In this document: piece by piece, positions 36,320 to 46,514 of the stretch | Position numbering within the stretch: the stretch's first letter is position 1 | Layout of the letters: each line of letters starts with the position of its first letter | Assembly: GCA_002687935.1 (NCBI GenBank) | Contig: NZBN01000002.1 | Coordinates: 102,592 to 157,112, forward strand | DNA from: Methanobacteriota archaeon | GTDB lineage: Archaea; Undinarchaeota; Undinarchaeia; Undinarchaeales; Undinarchaeaceae | Direction: 5' to 3' | DNA: 54,521 nt | Translations under genes and position numbers: made by a program | Notes under the pieces: generated by a model | Told to the model about the DNA's origin: nothing | The model's input: the letters and a program-made list of their open reading frames with translations, nothing else | Database searches by the model: none

Positions 36320-37513
36320 CTACTTTTTTGACTTACAGAAATCCTCAAGTTTATCAAATGCATTTTCAAGGGTTTCCATTGGAGGCAAAAACACAATACG
36401 GAAGTGGTCTCCTCCGTACTGCTCACCAAAGCCAGAGCCGTGAACGGTTAGGACGTGCTTCTCTTCAAGAAGGTCGAGGACGAATTTTTTGTCTCTTCCT
36501 TTATAGGAGTCTAGCTCGATTTTAGGGAACATATACATCGCGCCGTGGGCCTCTGTTACCGAAATTCCCTCAATTTCATTGAGCCTTTTAAAACTGAATT
36601 TTGCCCTTTCCTTAAGTTTTGATAAATAGCCCTCAAGATAACTATGATCTGACTCCATTGCTGTTTTCAGAGCCAGTTGTGCAGGAGTATTTGTACTGAG
36701 ACGGCCACGGGCCATTTTGTAGCAGGCTTCTTTCAGTTTATTTATCTCATCATCCGGACCTTTGAAACCCATGTAACCTATTCTCCAACCAGGGGCAAAA
36801 TAGACTTTTGAAAGACCACCAATAACAATAAAGTTGACATCATCTGCAAGACTTGCAGTGCTCACGAATTTTCTGTCAAAGGTTATCAAATCATATATCT
36901 CATCACATATTATTGGAACATCATTCTCAGCAGCGATGTCAGTTATTTCCTTCAGAGTCTTTTCAGGATAAAGTGCCCCAGTTGGATTGTTGGGATTTAT
37001 GACAACAATAGCTTTGGTGTTTTCGTTCACCTTGCTTCGAATATCGTCAATATCAGGTTGCCAACCTTCCTCTTCAATAGTTCTGTATTCAACAGGACTT
37101 CCACCGTAGAAATTTGTCAATGAAATATAAAGAGGATAAGAAGGTCCGGGCATCACAACATCATCCCCTAAACCGACAAGGGAGGCGAAAACCATATTCA
37201 TCCCCTCAGACGCTCCGGATGTCGGAAGATACTGCTCAGGTGCAATGTCTATATTCTTGTACTTTTTTTCGCGATTCGCTATAGCCTCACAAACGGCAGG
37301 AATACCTTCAGAATCGCCATAGTAATTGTTTCCATTAAGGGCTGCATCGGAGAGGGACTGTTTAAGAAAATCAGGTGTATCAAAATCATATTTGTTTGGG
37401 TCTCCGATGTTTAACTTCAGAACTTCGTGACCCTGTTTTTCGACTTCACGTGCGTTGACAACAATTTCTCGAATTGCATAAGTCATACCCTTAGTTCTCT
37501 TGTTTATTTCCAT
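36320..37513 (-). CDS. class I/II PLP aminotransferase (alanine aminotransferase-like)
   Basis: LNIGDP, NPNNPTG, DEIY, SKVY..PGWRIGY; ATG 37513 preferred. Confidence 0.93.
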   Translation of the reverse strand: MEINKRTKGMTYAIREIVVNAREVEKQGHEVLKLNIGDPNKYDFDTPDFLKQSLSDAALNGNNYYGDSEGIPAVCEAIANREKKYKNIDIAPEQYLPTSGASEGMNMVFASLVGLGDDVVMPGPSYPLYISLTNFYGGSPVEYRTIEEEGWQPDIDDIRSKVNENTKAIVVINPNNPTGALYPEKTLKEITDIAAENDVPIICDEIYDLITFDRKFVSTASLADDVNFIVIGGLSKVYFAPGWRIGYMGFKGPDDEINKLKEACYKMARGRLSTNTPAQLALKTAMESDHSYLEGYLSKLKERAKFSFKRLNEIEGISVTEAHGAMYMFPKIELDSYKGRDKKFVLDLLEEKHVLTVHGSGFGEQYGGDHFRIVFLPPMETLENAFDKLEDFCKSKK

Positions 37514-37591
37514 GCAACCCTGCCTCTTTTCGAACTTATTCTCGAAGATATATAAAGATTCGCGCAAGGAGAATAGCTTATATATTGGTAA

Positions 37592-38230
37592 ATGTTAGAG
37601 CAAGATATGAGTAAAAGACTCAAAATTAATCTGAATAATATTATACTTTTAGCCGTCGTTTTTGGGGCGCTTTCTGGGGCTCTAACGACCTACTATATTA
37701 CAAGTGTACAGACACCGACACAGGAAGATTTGATAAAATCACATTACGATACAGAAACTGCAGTTCTTGTAAGCCCCCATGGACTAAGGAAACACTTAGG
37801 AGACGGAACAACAGTTCTTGTGGATGTTAGAAGTCAGGAAGAATATGAGGAAGAGCATATAACTGGGGCACTTAATGTCCCGGCTTATAAAGATAGAGAC
37901 CATTCAGACTACGGGGCTGTTGAAAGAATAGCCACATCTTTTGCAGAAATTAAAGCCGACAATCCGAACAAGGATATTATAATTTATTGCTACAGCATGC
38001 CATGTATGACTGGAAGAAAGGTTGGTAAGATGCTCGCTGACAGAGGAATATTTGTAAAGGAACTTGGAATCGGCTGGAATGAATGGAGATACTTTTGGAC
38101 GCTCTGGAATCACGCGCATGAGTGGAATCAGACCAAACCAGAAGACTTCATAACATCAGGTCCTGAACCAGGAGAAATGCTGATAGAAAGTGGGACAGGA
38201 TGTCCGATTGAAGGCGACTTTGGCTGCTAA
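37592..38230 (+). CDS. membrane-anchored rhodanese-domain protein
   Basis: N-terminal TM, VDVR...EY...HITGA, IIYCY, GWNEW. Confidence 0.88.
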   Translation: MLEQDMSKRLKINLNNIILLAVVFGALSGALTTYYITSVQTPTQEDLIKSHYDTETAVLVSPHGLRKHLGDGTTVLVDVRSQEEYEEEHITGALNVPAYKDRDHSDYGAVERIATSFAEIKADNPNKDIIIYCYSMPCMTGRKVGKMLADRGIFVKELGIGWNEWRYFWTLWNHAHEWNQTKPEDFITSGPEPGEMLIESGTGCPIEGDFGC

Positions 38231-38613
38231 TGAAAATATTAACAAGCACACTCGTATTGGCCACAGTAATATTGATTAGTGGATGTACAGGCTCAGTTGA
38301 AACTGCGCCTTCCGAGCTAGACAGTTTTGCTGAATGTATAGACAATAATGAAGTCAAGATGTTTGGAGCCTATACTTGCTCTGTTTGTGCAAAACAAAAA
38401 GCACTTTTTGGTACATCTTTTGAAAAAATAGAAGAAGTTGAGTGTCATCCCCGTGGAGAAAACGCACAGACTGATTGGTGCCTTGAACTCAACATTGAGA
38501 AAACTCCGACTTGGATGATGTTTGAAAATGGAGACTTAGTAAAAACCGCAGTAGGATTCCAGACACTGGAAGAACTTTCTGAATTTTCCGGTTGCCCGCT
38601 GGAGGTAGTATAA
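38230..38613 (+). CDS. exported thioredoxin-fold CxxC lipoprotein
   Basis: ISGC, FAEC, MFGAYTCSVC.KQK.LFG, VEC, PTW. Confidence 0.82.
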   Translation: MKILTSTLVLATVILISGCTGSVETAPSELDSFAECIDNNEVKMFGAYTCSVCAKQKALFGTSFEKIEEVECHPRGENAQTDWCLELNIEKTPTWMMFENGDLVKTAVGFQTLEELSEFSGCPLEVV

Positions 38614-39320
38614 TGGCAAGCCAGCTGACCATAGGAATAGTTATTGCGGCCGCCCTTGCAGACAGTATAAATCCCTGTGTTTTTGGAGTTCTTATTTTCC
38701 TGATGGGATATATGCTGACCGCCTTCAAAAGTAAGGCGCGGCTTTTGGTAGGAGGATTAATCTATATAGCAACTGTGTATGTGACCTACTTTTTGATAGG
38801 TCTTGGAATTTTGTCCGCGGCTTACAGTGCGAATCTTACAAACACATTATACACCATAGCCGCAGTAATAGCAATATTTGCAGGAATTCTTGAAGTAAAG
38901 GATTTCTTCTGGTATGGTAAAGGACCAAGCCTTCAGATTATACCCGGAGGCGCGGAAAGGATAAAGAAATACACTTACAAGTTTAGTGAATTCAATAACA
39001 AACATCCTGCGTTCAATATGGCTCTTGCAGTTGGCCTCGGAGTTCTTGTAGTATTCGTTGAACTGCCCTGCACTGGAGCTCCCTACCTTGCAATAATCGG
39101 TCTACTTGCAGCAGGAGAATATTCAAACGGAGTTCCACTTCTACTCTTCTATAATTTGATATTCATACTTCCTCTGCTTGTAATCCTGGGACTGGTTTAC
39201 ACTGGAAAAGCTTCCAAGCAACTTGAAGCCTGGAGAAAGAAGCACAGAGGACTTATGAGATTATTCATAGGAATATTCCTGCTGACTCTGGGAACTTATA
39301 TGTTCTGGTTAGTTTCTTAA
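38613..39320 (+). CDS. CcdA/DsbD-like (cytochrome c biogenesis type) membrane thiol-redox protein
   Basis: DSINPC...ELPCTGAPY; multiple TMs; TAATG coupling. Confidence 0.85.
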   Translation: MASQLTIGIVIAAALADSINPCVFGVLIFLMGYMLTAFKSKARLLVGGLIYIATVYVTYFLIGLGILSAAYSANLTNTLYTIAAVIAIFAGILEVKDFFWYGKGPSLQIIPGGAERIKKYTYKFSEFNNKHPAFNMALAVGLGVLVVFVELPCTGAPYLAIIGLLAAGEYSNGVPLLLFYNLIFILPLLVILGLVYTGKASKQLEAWRKKHRGLMRLFIGIFLLTLGTYMFWLVS

Positions 39321-39378
39321 AGTTGCTTGCAAAAACTTTTTAAATCAGAAGGGTTTAGAGAAGCTGTAAGGAGGAAAA

Positions 39379-39816
39379 ATGGCAATAATAAGTACAAGAT
39401 TAACAAAGATATCGGCTAGTGTTAACAAGCCAAAGAAGGGTAAGTCAGACTCTATAGAGATATCAAACAAAAACAGTATAGAGAGTGTAAAAAGGGAAAC
39501 GATAAAGGGAATTGGAGATGTTATTGAAGTTGATTTTTCCCTTGAAACTCAATATGAACCAAATATCGGAAATATTGAAATAGAAGGAACTGTTGTTTAC
39601 CACGACAAGGATTTGAAAAAACAATACGAAGAAAAGGATGGAAAAATAGTTCTTCTTGAAGACGCTTTTTTGGAAGTCAACAACACAATACTGGCAATAG
39701 GCTCAGTGCAATCACTTCTTATGGCAAAGGAGATGAATCTCCCCTCACCAATACAACTGCCAATGGTTGAAGCCAGCAAAAAGGCAAAGGACAAGGGCGG
39801 AAAGGGCTACGCTTAA
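39379..39816 (+). CDS. hypothetical protein
   Basis: GGAGG SD; 145 aa ending in LPSPIQLP. Confidence 0.75.
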   Translation: MAIISTRLTKISASVNKPKKGKSDSIEISNKNSIESVKRETIKGIGDVIEVDFSLETQYEPNIGNIEIEGTVVYHDKDLKKQYEEKDGKIVLLEDAFLEVNNTILAIGSVQSLLMAKEMNLPSPIQLPMVEASKKAKDKGGKGYA

Positions 39817-39835
39817 TTAAGAAAACTTTCTGAAA

Positions 39836-40621
39836 TTAACCAAGTATAACAATACTTTCTACGAAGGCGCCTGCAAATATAAAGGCTATTCCGAAGACTA
39901 TTAGGTAGAGGCTATCCGTTATTGTCTGCCAGAATTGTTCAGAGTGCCAATCTACTCGAAGGAATGCTATTGAGAGGAGACCTCCTGCCACCGCAGCCAG
40001 GAAAAAGCCTGTAAACTCTATAATTATGTGTGGTATTGAGGACACCAAGAGACCTGCTCTGGAAAAGAGTGAGGTCACAAAGACACCGAGAACTGATGCA
40101 TTCCAGACAAGAATTATCATAGAGCCTGCTCCATATATGACTGAGAGAAGCATTAGAGTGAAAAGAACACGCATATTATTCATGAATATTGACTTGAAAA
40201 CACTAGTCCCCATAACAAACTGCCCAAGCGTTGTTGTATATGTTCCGCCTGAGAAGGCTGCAAACTGTTTTGAGAATACCAGACCAAGCATCCAATCAGG
40301 AAGAATTAGTGCCCAAACAAGATAAGAAGCCGCCATCCCCATAAAGAACATGAAAAATATAAGCATAAGGTGGGCGTTCCTCTTAATGAAGGACTCTGTG
40401 CCTGACATATAGGAGCCGACCTGCTGCTCTATTCGCATTATCTTGTGGAGAAATGGAAGACCTGCAATAGTCGTTAAAAGAACACCGGCAAGACTGGCGT
40501 CATTTGGGAAAATCATGGGTCCAAGGAAAATTCCAATCGTCGAGATACAGGCTCCGAGTACGAAGCCGTACAGTGGATTTTTTTCAACCCACTCAGGACG
40601 TATTATGTTTTCAATGACCAT
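39836..40621 (-). CDS. SpoIIM/DUF95-like membrane protein
   Basis: IFMNN, WNA, PH..IEF, GAFVE; ATG 40621 preferred. Confidence 0.82.
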   Translation of the reverse strand: MVIENIIRPEWVEKNPLYGFVLGACISTIGIFLGPMIFPNDASLAGVLLTTIAGLPFLHKIMRIEQQVGSYMSGTESFIKRNAHLMLIFFMFFMGMAASYLVWALILPDWMLGLVFSKQFAAFSGGTYTTTLGQFVMGTSVFKSIFMNNMRVLFTLMLLSVIYGAGSMIILVWNASVLGVFVTSLFSRAGLLVSSIPHIIIEFTGFFLAAVAGGLLSIAFLRVDWHSEQFWQTITDSLYLIVFGIAFIFAGAFVESIVILG

Positions 40622-40692
40622 AAACGCTGTAGGGAGGGAGAGTATAAAAGTTATATAGGTCGAAGGCAACTAAGACCTTAACAAAAGTAATT

Positions 40693-40767
40693 GCGGAGGT
40701 GGCAGAACCCGGTTAATGCGCGCGCCTGCAAAGCGTGTTTTTGTGAGTTCAAATCTCACCCTCCGCT
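40693..40767 (+). tRNA. tRNA-Cys(GCA)
   Basis: GCGGAGG/CCTCCGC acceptor stem, CGCGC-CTGCAAA-GCGTG anticodon arm, U73. Confidence 0.92.
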
Positions 40768-40780
40768 TCGTTTTTGGAAT

Positions 40781-42811
40781 TTAATCAGATTCTTCCCAGA
40801 TTAGATGTGACATTCTTCGAGGATATTCAGTATAGCTAGTCTCTGTATACTCTCCCCTGAAATTCTGGATATAGCAATAATCACCAGGCCATTTTATGTG
40901 AGTCCATTCAAGTTTTTCGAGGAAAAATTTTAGTCTTTCAACAAAATTCCATTTAGGAAAACGCTTGAATTTCAACTGATTAAGAAAATCAGGATAATTT
41001 ATTTTGTCAAGAGAATCGAGTTCGATGGCTTTCCCGTATGAATTCTTGACATCATCCACAAACCACTGTCTTCCGCTTATGTAGTCATCAAGAACCACCT
41101 TTTTGAAGCCACATGCTTTTGCATACGTTATAATGGCAGACATAACACTCTCCATAGTTCCTGTGCGATAAGGAAATTTGGGAGATATTTCAACAGAATC
41201 TATCAAGAGGACCGGCTTCTTCTTTTCAAACATTGCATTCAGATAAATAATTCCAACTGGTTTCAGTTTGTTGCCTAGGTGCATCAAAAGTCTGCAATGT
41301 CCTGCGTCCAGATTATGAGAAAGTGCAGTAACAAAATGAGCTCCGTGCTCCGCACTAAGACAATCCTCAACGCAGTCACTCAGAAAGAGATTAGCCGGAA
41401 GTTTTCTCTGCCATATCTTGAAACGCAGGTCAACTTTCTCATACTCTCCTGAGCCAATAATTTTCAGGTTTTGAAGTTCTTTTATGCGGCGTTTATAGAA
41501 TCCTTCAAGAATTTTACTTCTACCATATCTATCTGGATCACCATAATATTCCAGCATTACAGAATGGGATTTAGAAAGAGCTCCTAAATCAGCTCGGCGA
41601 ACCATACCTTCTACATACAAAGAGGACTCCCCAAGGTAGCCTTTTCTGCCATTAATGAAGCTCCCGCGATAATATACATCAACAATATTTCTCATTTTTG
41701 AGAGATGTCCCTTCAACCTTGAAACATAATCATAGAAAGGTCCTTGTATATTTCCGAGATCTTCTACAGATACGCCATAAGCAGAAGAAAGTTGTTCGTC
41801 GAAGTTTTTTTTCCACTTCCTCCTCTCTGCAGGTCTCAATCTCCTTTCAGAGCCATTTTCAGAAATTGTTTTTGGGGCAGTTGGACTTATGAGACCTTCA
41901 TCTATCAAAAGTTCAACCGACTCACTGACAGCTTTTGAAATAAGTTGCAAATATATTGGAGGACTTTTGTTTGCAACATCAAGCTCCTGTATTTTTGCCT
42001 TAACTTTTGCAAATGTACCATCAGGAGCAAGAAGACGTCTTCTCGACTGAATAGATACAGACGGAGGAAGCTCAGAAAGCTCATCCACTATATTTTCAAG
42101 ATCCATTTGCCTTTTTATTACCTGAAAGCGACCGTAAAGTGTGGGTTTGTTTATAGATTCTGTAGGATAAAAATCACCCATAGTGGAAAGAAGTCGTTCC
42201 TTTTTACTTACTCTTCTTCCCCTGAAATTAACTTTTGCATCACTGAGTTCAGAACGGGGCATCCCAAGAAGATGTGACTGAAATTCACTGTTAAACTCCT
42301 TTGGCTTGTAGTGGAAATTATCCCAGATATCAAGATCTATTCCTATCTTTTCGAGTTTTTCATTAGTTTTTGCTGTGGCAGGATTTTTTGAAACGGCATT
42401 ATTGAATGATTTTTCCTTTGTATAGCCTGAACGAACAAGAAACTCATAGAGCAATATACCATAGACACTGGCATTTTCTATTGCCTCTCTTTGCTCCTTT
42501 GAATTTAATATTGAACATCGTGCAAAAACAGCTGTCAAAAGTTCCACATGAATATCAAGGTTCTTATCATTAGAAGAAAGAATGTAATCCAGACCCTCTG
42601 TAATGTGAGATTTGAGTTTCTTAGCTCTTCTTGGATTCAAATGGTCAACCAAGAATTCTGCTGCCTTTGTAAGATATATCAATTTGTCACTGTCTTTGAA
42701 AGTTTTTTCCCGAGTAGATGCGGCAAGATATCGCTTCCCAGCAAGAAGTTCATTTCCAGCCTCTGCGGCCTCTTCAGCAGACTTGGCCAACTCTTCAGGA
42801 CTTTTAACCAT
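40781..42811 (-). CDS. large hypothetical protein, possible C-terminal GNAT-like fold
   Basis: 676 aa; VGIIYL...LLIDSVE...YAKACGFKKV pattern. Confidence 0.7.
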   Translation of the reverse strand: MVKSPEELAKSAEEAAEAGNELLAGKRYLAASTREKTFKDSDKLIYLTKAAEFLVDHLNPRRAKKLKSHITEGLDYILSSNDKNLDIHVELLTAVFARCSILNSKEQREAIENASVYGILLYEFLVRSGYTKEKSFNNAVSKNPATAKTNEKLEKIGIDLDIWDNFHYKPKEFNSEFQSHLLGMPRSELSDAKVNFRGRRVSKKERLLSTMGDFYPTESINKPTLYGRFQVIKRQMDLENIVDELSELPPSVSIQSRRRLLAPDGTFAKVKAKIQELDVANKSPPIYLQLISKAVSESVELLIDEGLISPTAPKTISENGSERRLRPAERRKWKKNFDEQLSSAYGVSVEDLGNIQGPFYDYVSRLKGHLSKMRNIVDVYYRGSFINGRKGYLGESSLYVEGMVRRADLGALSKSHSVMLEYYGDPDRYGRSKILEGFYKRRIKELQNLKIIGSGEYEKVDLRFKIWQRKLPANLFLSDCVEDCLSAEHGAHFVTALSHNLDAGHCRLLMHLGNKLKPVGIIYLNAMFEKKKPVLLIDSVEISPKFPYRTGTMESVMSAIITYAKACGFKKVVLDDYISGRQWFVDDVKNSYGKAIELDSLDKINYPDFLNQLKFKRFPKWNFVERLKFFLEKLEWTHIKWPGDYCYIQNFRGEYTETSYTEYPRRMSHLIWEESD

Positions 42812-42876
42812 ACTAGACAGTGGTTCCTGTTGAATAAAAATGTTTGGAAGCTGGAAAATCTCTTAACTAAAAAAAA

Positions 42877-43023
42877 TTACGAACAGGAACACTCACTTGG
42901 TTCGAGCTCCTCTAAAAGAACGCCTTTCCTGTATTTTTTCAGTTCCTTTGAGACCTCCTTGAAGGGGTCTTTGGAGCTCTTTGACTTCTTGTCTCCCTTT
43001 TTTTTCTTTGAGTTTTCAGCCAT
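42877..43023 (-). CDS. 48-aa Lys-rich microprotein ending CSCS (not in ORF track)
   Basis: MAENSKKKKGDKK...LEELEPSECSCS. Confidence 0.4.
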   Translation of the reverse strand: MAENSKKKKGDKKSKSSKDPFKEVSKELKKYRKGVLLEELEPSECSCS

Positions 43024-43101
43024 GTAAAAAGGGATTCTACTTTTCCAGCTATAAACTTATCTAAACGCAATATAGTTATATTACTCAGAATTAGGAACAC
43101 T

Positions 43102-43296
43102 ATGGAAGCCAAGACTGTAGAAGAAATCACTGCACTTGCTTTGTCGCTTGTGGTTTTTGTTCACGTAATTAGGGCAATAATGGGAATACCAGTAAGCATT
43201 GGAAGTGTAGAAATTCCAATCTGGGCGAGTATTGCCGCAGCAGGAGTAGTAGGATATTTAGCATACCTTAACTGGAATGTATACAGAGAAAATTGA
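43102..43296 (+). CDS. small two-TM membrane protein
   Basis: 64 aa, HVIRA...IP.W.S pattern. Confidence 0.7.
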   Translation: MEAKTVEEITALALSLVVFVHVIRAIMGIPVSIGSVEIPIWASIAAAGVVGYLAYLNWNVYREN

Positions 43297-43309
43297 ATAG
43301 AGAGAAGCA

Positions 43310-44794
43310 ATGGCACAGAGAATATACAATACTTTAAGCGGAAAGAGAGAGAATTTAGAATCTAGAGAGAAAGGGAAACTCCACATCTATGTCTGTGGAC
43401 CGACTGTATATGATTACTCCCATCTTGGTCACGCCCGCGTATATGTAGTGTTTGATGTGATAAGGCGCTATCTTGAGCACAGTGGGAATGAGGTAATTTA
43501 TATCAATAATTTAACGGACGTAAACGACAAGATAATTAAAAGAGCTGAAGAGACTGGAGATACTCCAGAATCTGTAGCAGAACGCTTCTCGGAAGAATTT
43601 TTTATAGATATGGACTCATTGGGGGTAAAGCGAGCAGACTTCTACCCTAAAGTTAGTGAACACATCACAGAAATAACAGGAATGATTGCAGGTCTTGTTG
43701 AAAAGGGCTATGCCTATGAATCGGCAGGAGATGTCTATTTTAACACGAGTAAAGTAAATGAGTACGGAAAACTTTCAAGACAGAATCTGGAAAAAATAAT
43801 TGCAGGAATAAGAGTTGACGCAAATGAGAAGAAGAAAAATCAAGAAGATTTTGCACTTTGGAAAAGCGCCGGTGATAATGAACAGGGCTGGGACAGTCCT
43901 TGGGGGCGGGGAAGACCAGGCTGGCATATTGAGTGTAGTGCTATGGCGATGAAGTATTTTGGAGAAAGTCTTGACATACACGGTGGAGGTCAGGACCTTG
44001 TTTTCCCACATCATGAAAATGAAATAGCACAAAGCGAGGCATACAGTGGAAAGGAATTCGCAAAATACTGGATGCACAACGGCTTTGTAACTGTCGACAA
44101 AGAAAAAATGGGAAAATCACTTGGAAATTTCTTTACTGTAAGAGAGATACTAAAGAAACACAGACCTGAAGTTGTTCGCTACTTCCTGCTTTCAACGCAG
44201 TACAGGAAGCCAATAGACTTCACAGAGGAGGCGATAAACGAGGCAAAATCTTCTTTGGAAGGAATAGAGAATTCTCTCTCGAATCTGAAGCATGCAATCA
44301 CAGTAAAAGAAGGAACAGAAAAAACAAAAGATGACAAAGAGGTTCTGAAGAAAATAGACTACTATAGAACACAGTTCTTTGCGGCGATGGATGACGATTT
44401 TAACACACGTGAGGCAATAAGCTCGGTCCACCAGATGTGCACAGTCCTCAATTCATATATCGTAGAAAATCCAAATAATGAAGTCCTTCGGGAGGCACTG
44501 GACAATTTTGAAGAATTCAGCCAGATACTCAATCTTTTCGAGGAGCAAGACATAGACCAGAATGAGGAAATAATTGCCCATCTTAGAAAACTTATGAGAG
44601 AGTTAGAAGTCAAAAAGCTAAAGGACGACTATACTGTTTCCGGTCTGATGAGGCTTGTTCTACTAGAACGTGAGAAAGCGAGAAAAGAAAACGATTATGA
44701 AAAATCTGATAAAATAAGAGAGGGTCTGAGCCACATGGGAATAGTGATTGAAGATACAGAAGAAGGACCACGCTGGCAGTTCAGACGAAGTTAA
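43310..44794 (+). CDS. cysS: cysteine--tRNA ligase
   Basis: [32 protein letters not shown]. Confidence 0.98.
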   Translation: MAQRIYNTLSGKRENLESREKGKLHIYVCGPTVYDYSHLGHARVYVVFDVIRRYLEHSGNEVIYINNLTDVNDKIIKRAEETGDTPESVAERFSEEFFIDMDSLGVKRADFYPKVSEHITEITGMIAGLVEKGYAYESAGDVYFNTSKVNEYGKLSRQNLEKIIAGIRVDANEKKKNQEDFALWKSAGDNEQGWDSPWGRGRPGWHIECSAMAMKYFGESLDIHGGGQDLVFPHHENEIAQSEAYSGKEFAKYWMHNGFVTVDKEKMGKSLGNFFTVREILKKHRPEVVRYFLLSTQYRKPIDFTEEAINEAKSSLEGIENSLSNLKHAITVKEGTEKTKDDKEVLKKIDYYRTQFFAAMDDDFNTREAISSVHQMCTVLNSYIVENPNNEVLREALDNFEEFSQILNLFEEQDIDQNEEIIAHLRKLMRELEVKKLKDDYTVSGLMRLVLLEREKARKENDYEKSDKIREGLSHMGIVIEDTEEGPRWQFRRS

Positions 44795-44846
44795 GACCAG
44801 AAAAGTTAAGCAAGGTTTATATAGCTAGGAGGAGAACAGAAGCAGC

Positions 44847-45665
44847 ATGGCTAAGGGAGACAAGACAATTACATTGAAATTCAAGGAGGCAACTTTGTGG
44901 AAAGTTGCAACAGCGGTTCTCGCAATAATATTACTCTTTTCATTCCAAGGTGGCGAAGTTGAAGTGCAGGAAGAAGGAAGTGTTGCCGCAGCGACAATAA
45001 AAACAATTGACCTCAGCATCGATGACGACCCAGTTCTGGGAAATGATAATGCAGAAATAACTGTAATAGAATTTTCTGATTTCCAGTGCCAATTCTGTAA
45101 CAGACTGTGGGCAGATGCAGTAAATGGAATAAAAACGAATTTTGTTGAGGACGGAACTGTGAAATTCGTATATCGTGATTTCCCGCTTAATTTCCACCCA
45201 AGCGCTGCAAAAGCAGCAACAGCTGCCAACTGTGCAGAGGAACAAGGACAGTACTGGGAAATGCACGACAAACTCTTTGAAAACCAGCAAAGTGACTGGG
45301 GATATTACGTACAGGAAGAGCGAAAATATCTCGCTCTTGAAGATGCCATGCCTTTCTTCAGGCAATACGCTTCTGAGCTTGGACTGGACACAGACAAGTT
45401 TAATGACTGCCTTGACTCTGACAAGTATGACAGCGAGATAAGCAAGGACCTTGTTGATGGCCAGACCGCAGGAGTTACCGGAACTCCATCAGTATTTGTT
45501 ATGATGAGCAAGAAGAAGGCTCCAAAAGCAGAGCTTCAGGCTCTTGATGACGGAAGCAACATATTCTACTTTGAAACTTCAGACGGCAAGTACGCAGGTA
45601 TACAGGTGGCAGGTGCTTTGCCATATGGAGCCTTTGAGCAAATTATAAACATAATGCTTACATAA
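44847..45665 (+). CDS. DsbA-family thiol-disulfide oxidoreductase, membrane-anchored
   Basis: EFSDFQCQFC, YRDFPL, GVTGTP, GALPY. Confidence 0.92.
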   Translation: MAKGDKTITLKFKEATLWKVATAVLAIILLFSFQGGEVEVQEEGSVAAATIKTIDLSIDDDPVLGNDNAEITVIEFSDFQCQFCNRLWADAVNGIKTNFVEDGTVKFVYRDFPLNFHPSAAKAATAANCAEEQGQYWEMHDKLFENQQSDWGYYVQEERKYLALEDAMPFFRQYASELGLDTDKFNDCLDSDKYDSEISKDLVDGQTAGVTGTPSVFVMMSKKKAPKAELQALDDGSNIFYFETSDGKYAGIQVAGALPYGAFEQIINIMLT

Positions 45666-45673
45666 TAATTATT

Positions 45674-46294
45674 ATGTCTGATAAAGAAATTGAAGTCCAG
45701 GTTGATAAGCAGAGTCTAAAAAGTGGAATTTTTGGAGGTTTAATAGCATCTATGTGCTGTATCAGTCCTCTAGTTATAGTCATGTTCAGTCTCGGAAGCG
45801 TGACTTTTGCCCTGGCGATTGCGACGTATAAAATATGGTTTATTGTTGCAGGAGCTCTGTTTTCAGGAACTGTCATTTTGTACCAGCTTCAGAAAAGAAA
45901 TAGCTGCAATATAAAAGGAATCAAACGAAATAAGTCACTAATAATAACAGCATTTTTGACTTTTGCAGTGGTGTATTCAATTTCCATTTATGGTATTGTA
46001 CCTGTTGTCGCTCCACTTGTTTTTGAATCAGGAGGAGTTGAATTAGATAAAGAAAGTGGTGAGCTCTATGAGATGACATTCACAGTAGGAGAACTGAATT
46101 GTGCAAGTTGTGAGTCAGGAATCAAGTGGTATCTTGAAAATCAAGTGGATGGAGTCTTCAGTGCAGAAGTGACACCTTCAGGAGCAGTTAAGGTAATCTA
46201 TGATTCAGAGACAATTGATGCAGAAGGAATAATTGAATCTGAAGTCTTTGACAATTACCCGCCAATGGAAATAAATGAAAACAAAAGACTATAG
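45674..46294 (+). CDS. MerT/MerF-like membrane domain fused to an HMA domain
   Basis: ASMCCISP in TM1, three TMs, LNCASC. Confidence 0.82.
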   Translation: MSDKEIEVQVDKQSLKSGIFGGLIASMCCISPLVIVMFSLGSVTFALAIATYKIWFIVAGALFSGTVILYQLQKRNSCNIKGIKRNKSLIITAFLTFAVVYSISIYGIVPVVAPLVFESGGVELDKESGELYEMTFTVGELNCASCESGIKWYLENQVDGVFSAEVTPSGAVKVIYDSETIDAEGIIESEVFDNYPPMEINENKRL

Positions 46295-46514
46295 TGGAAC
46301 AGAAAGGCAGTGGCTTGTTTTAGCTGCTATTTTTTCTTTATCTGTTTTTTCTCTTCATTTTTTTACCGGAGTTCCGTCCTCCTTTGAAGCAGAATCCATA
46401 GATGATGCTCTTTTTATGAGCGAAAACTGTCCAGCTTATGAAAGGTTTTTCTATGAGGAGAGTAATATAAAGTGGCAGGAAAGTGAACGCAAAAATATAC
46501 CGCAAATCTCTTGA
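46275..46514 (+). CDS. possible small membrane-anchored protein
   Basis: one TM; overlaps both neighbours. Confidence 0.4.
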   Translation: MKTKDYSGTERQWLVLAAIFSLSVFSLHFFTGVPSSFEAESIDDALFMSENCPAYERFFYEESNIKWQESERKNIPQIS

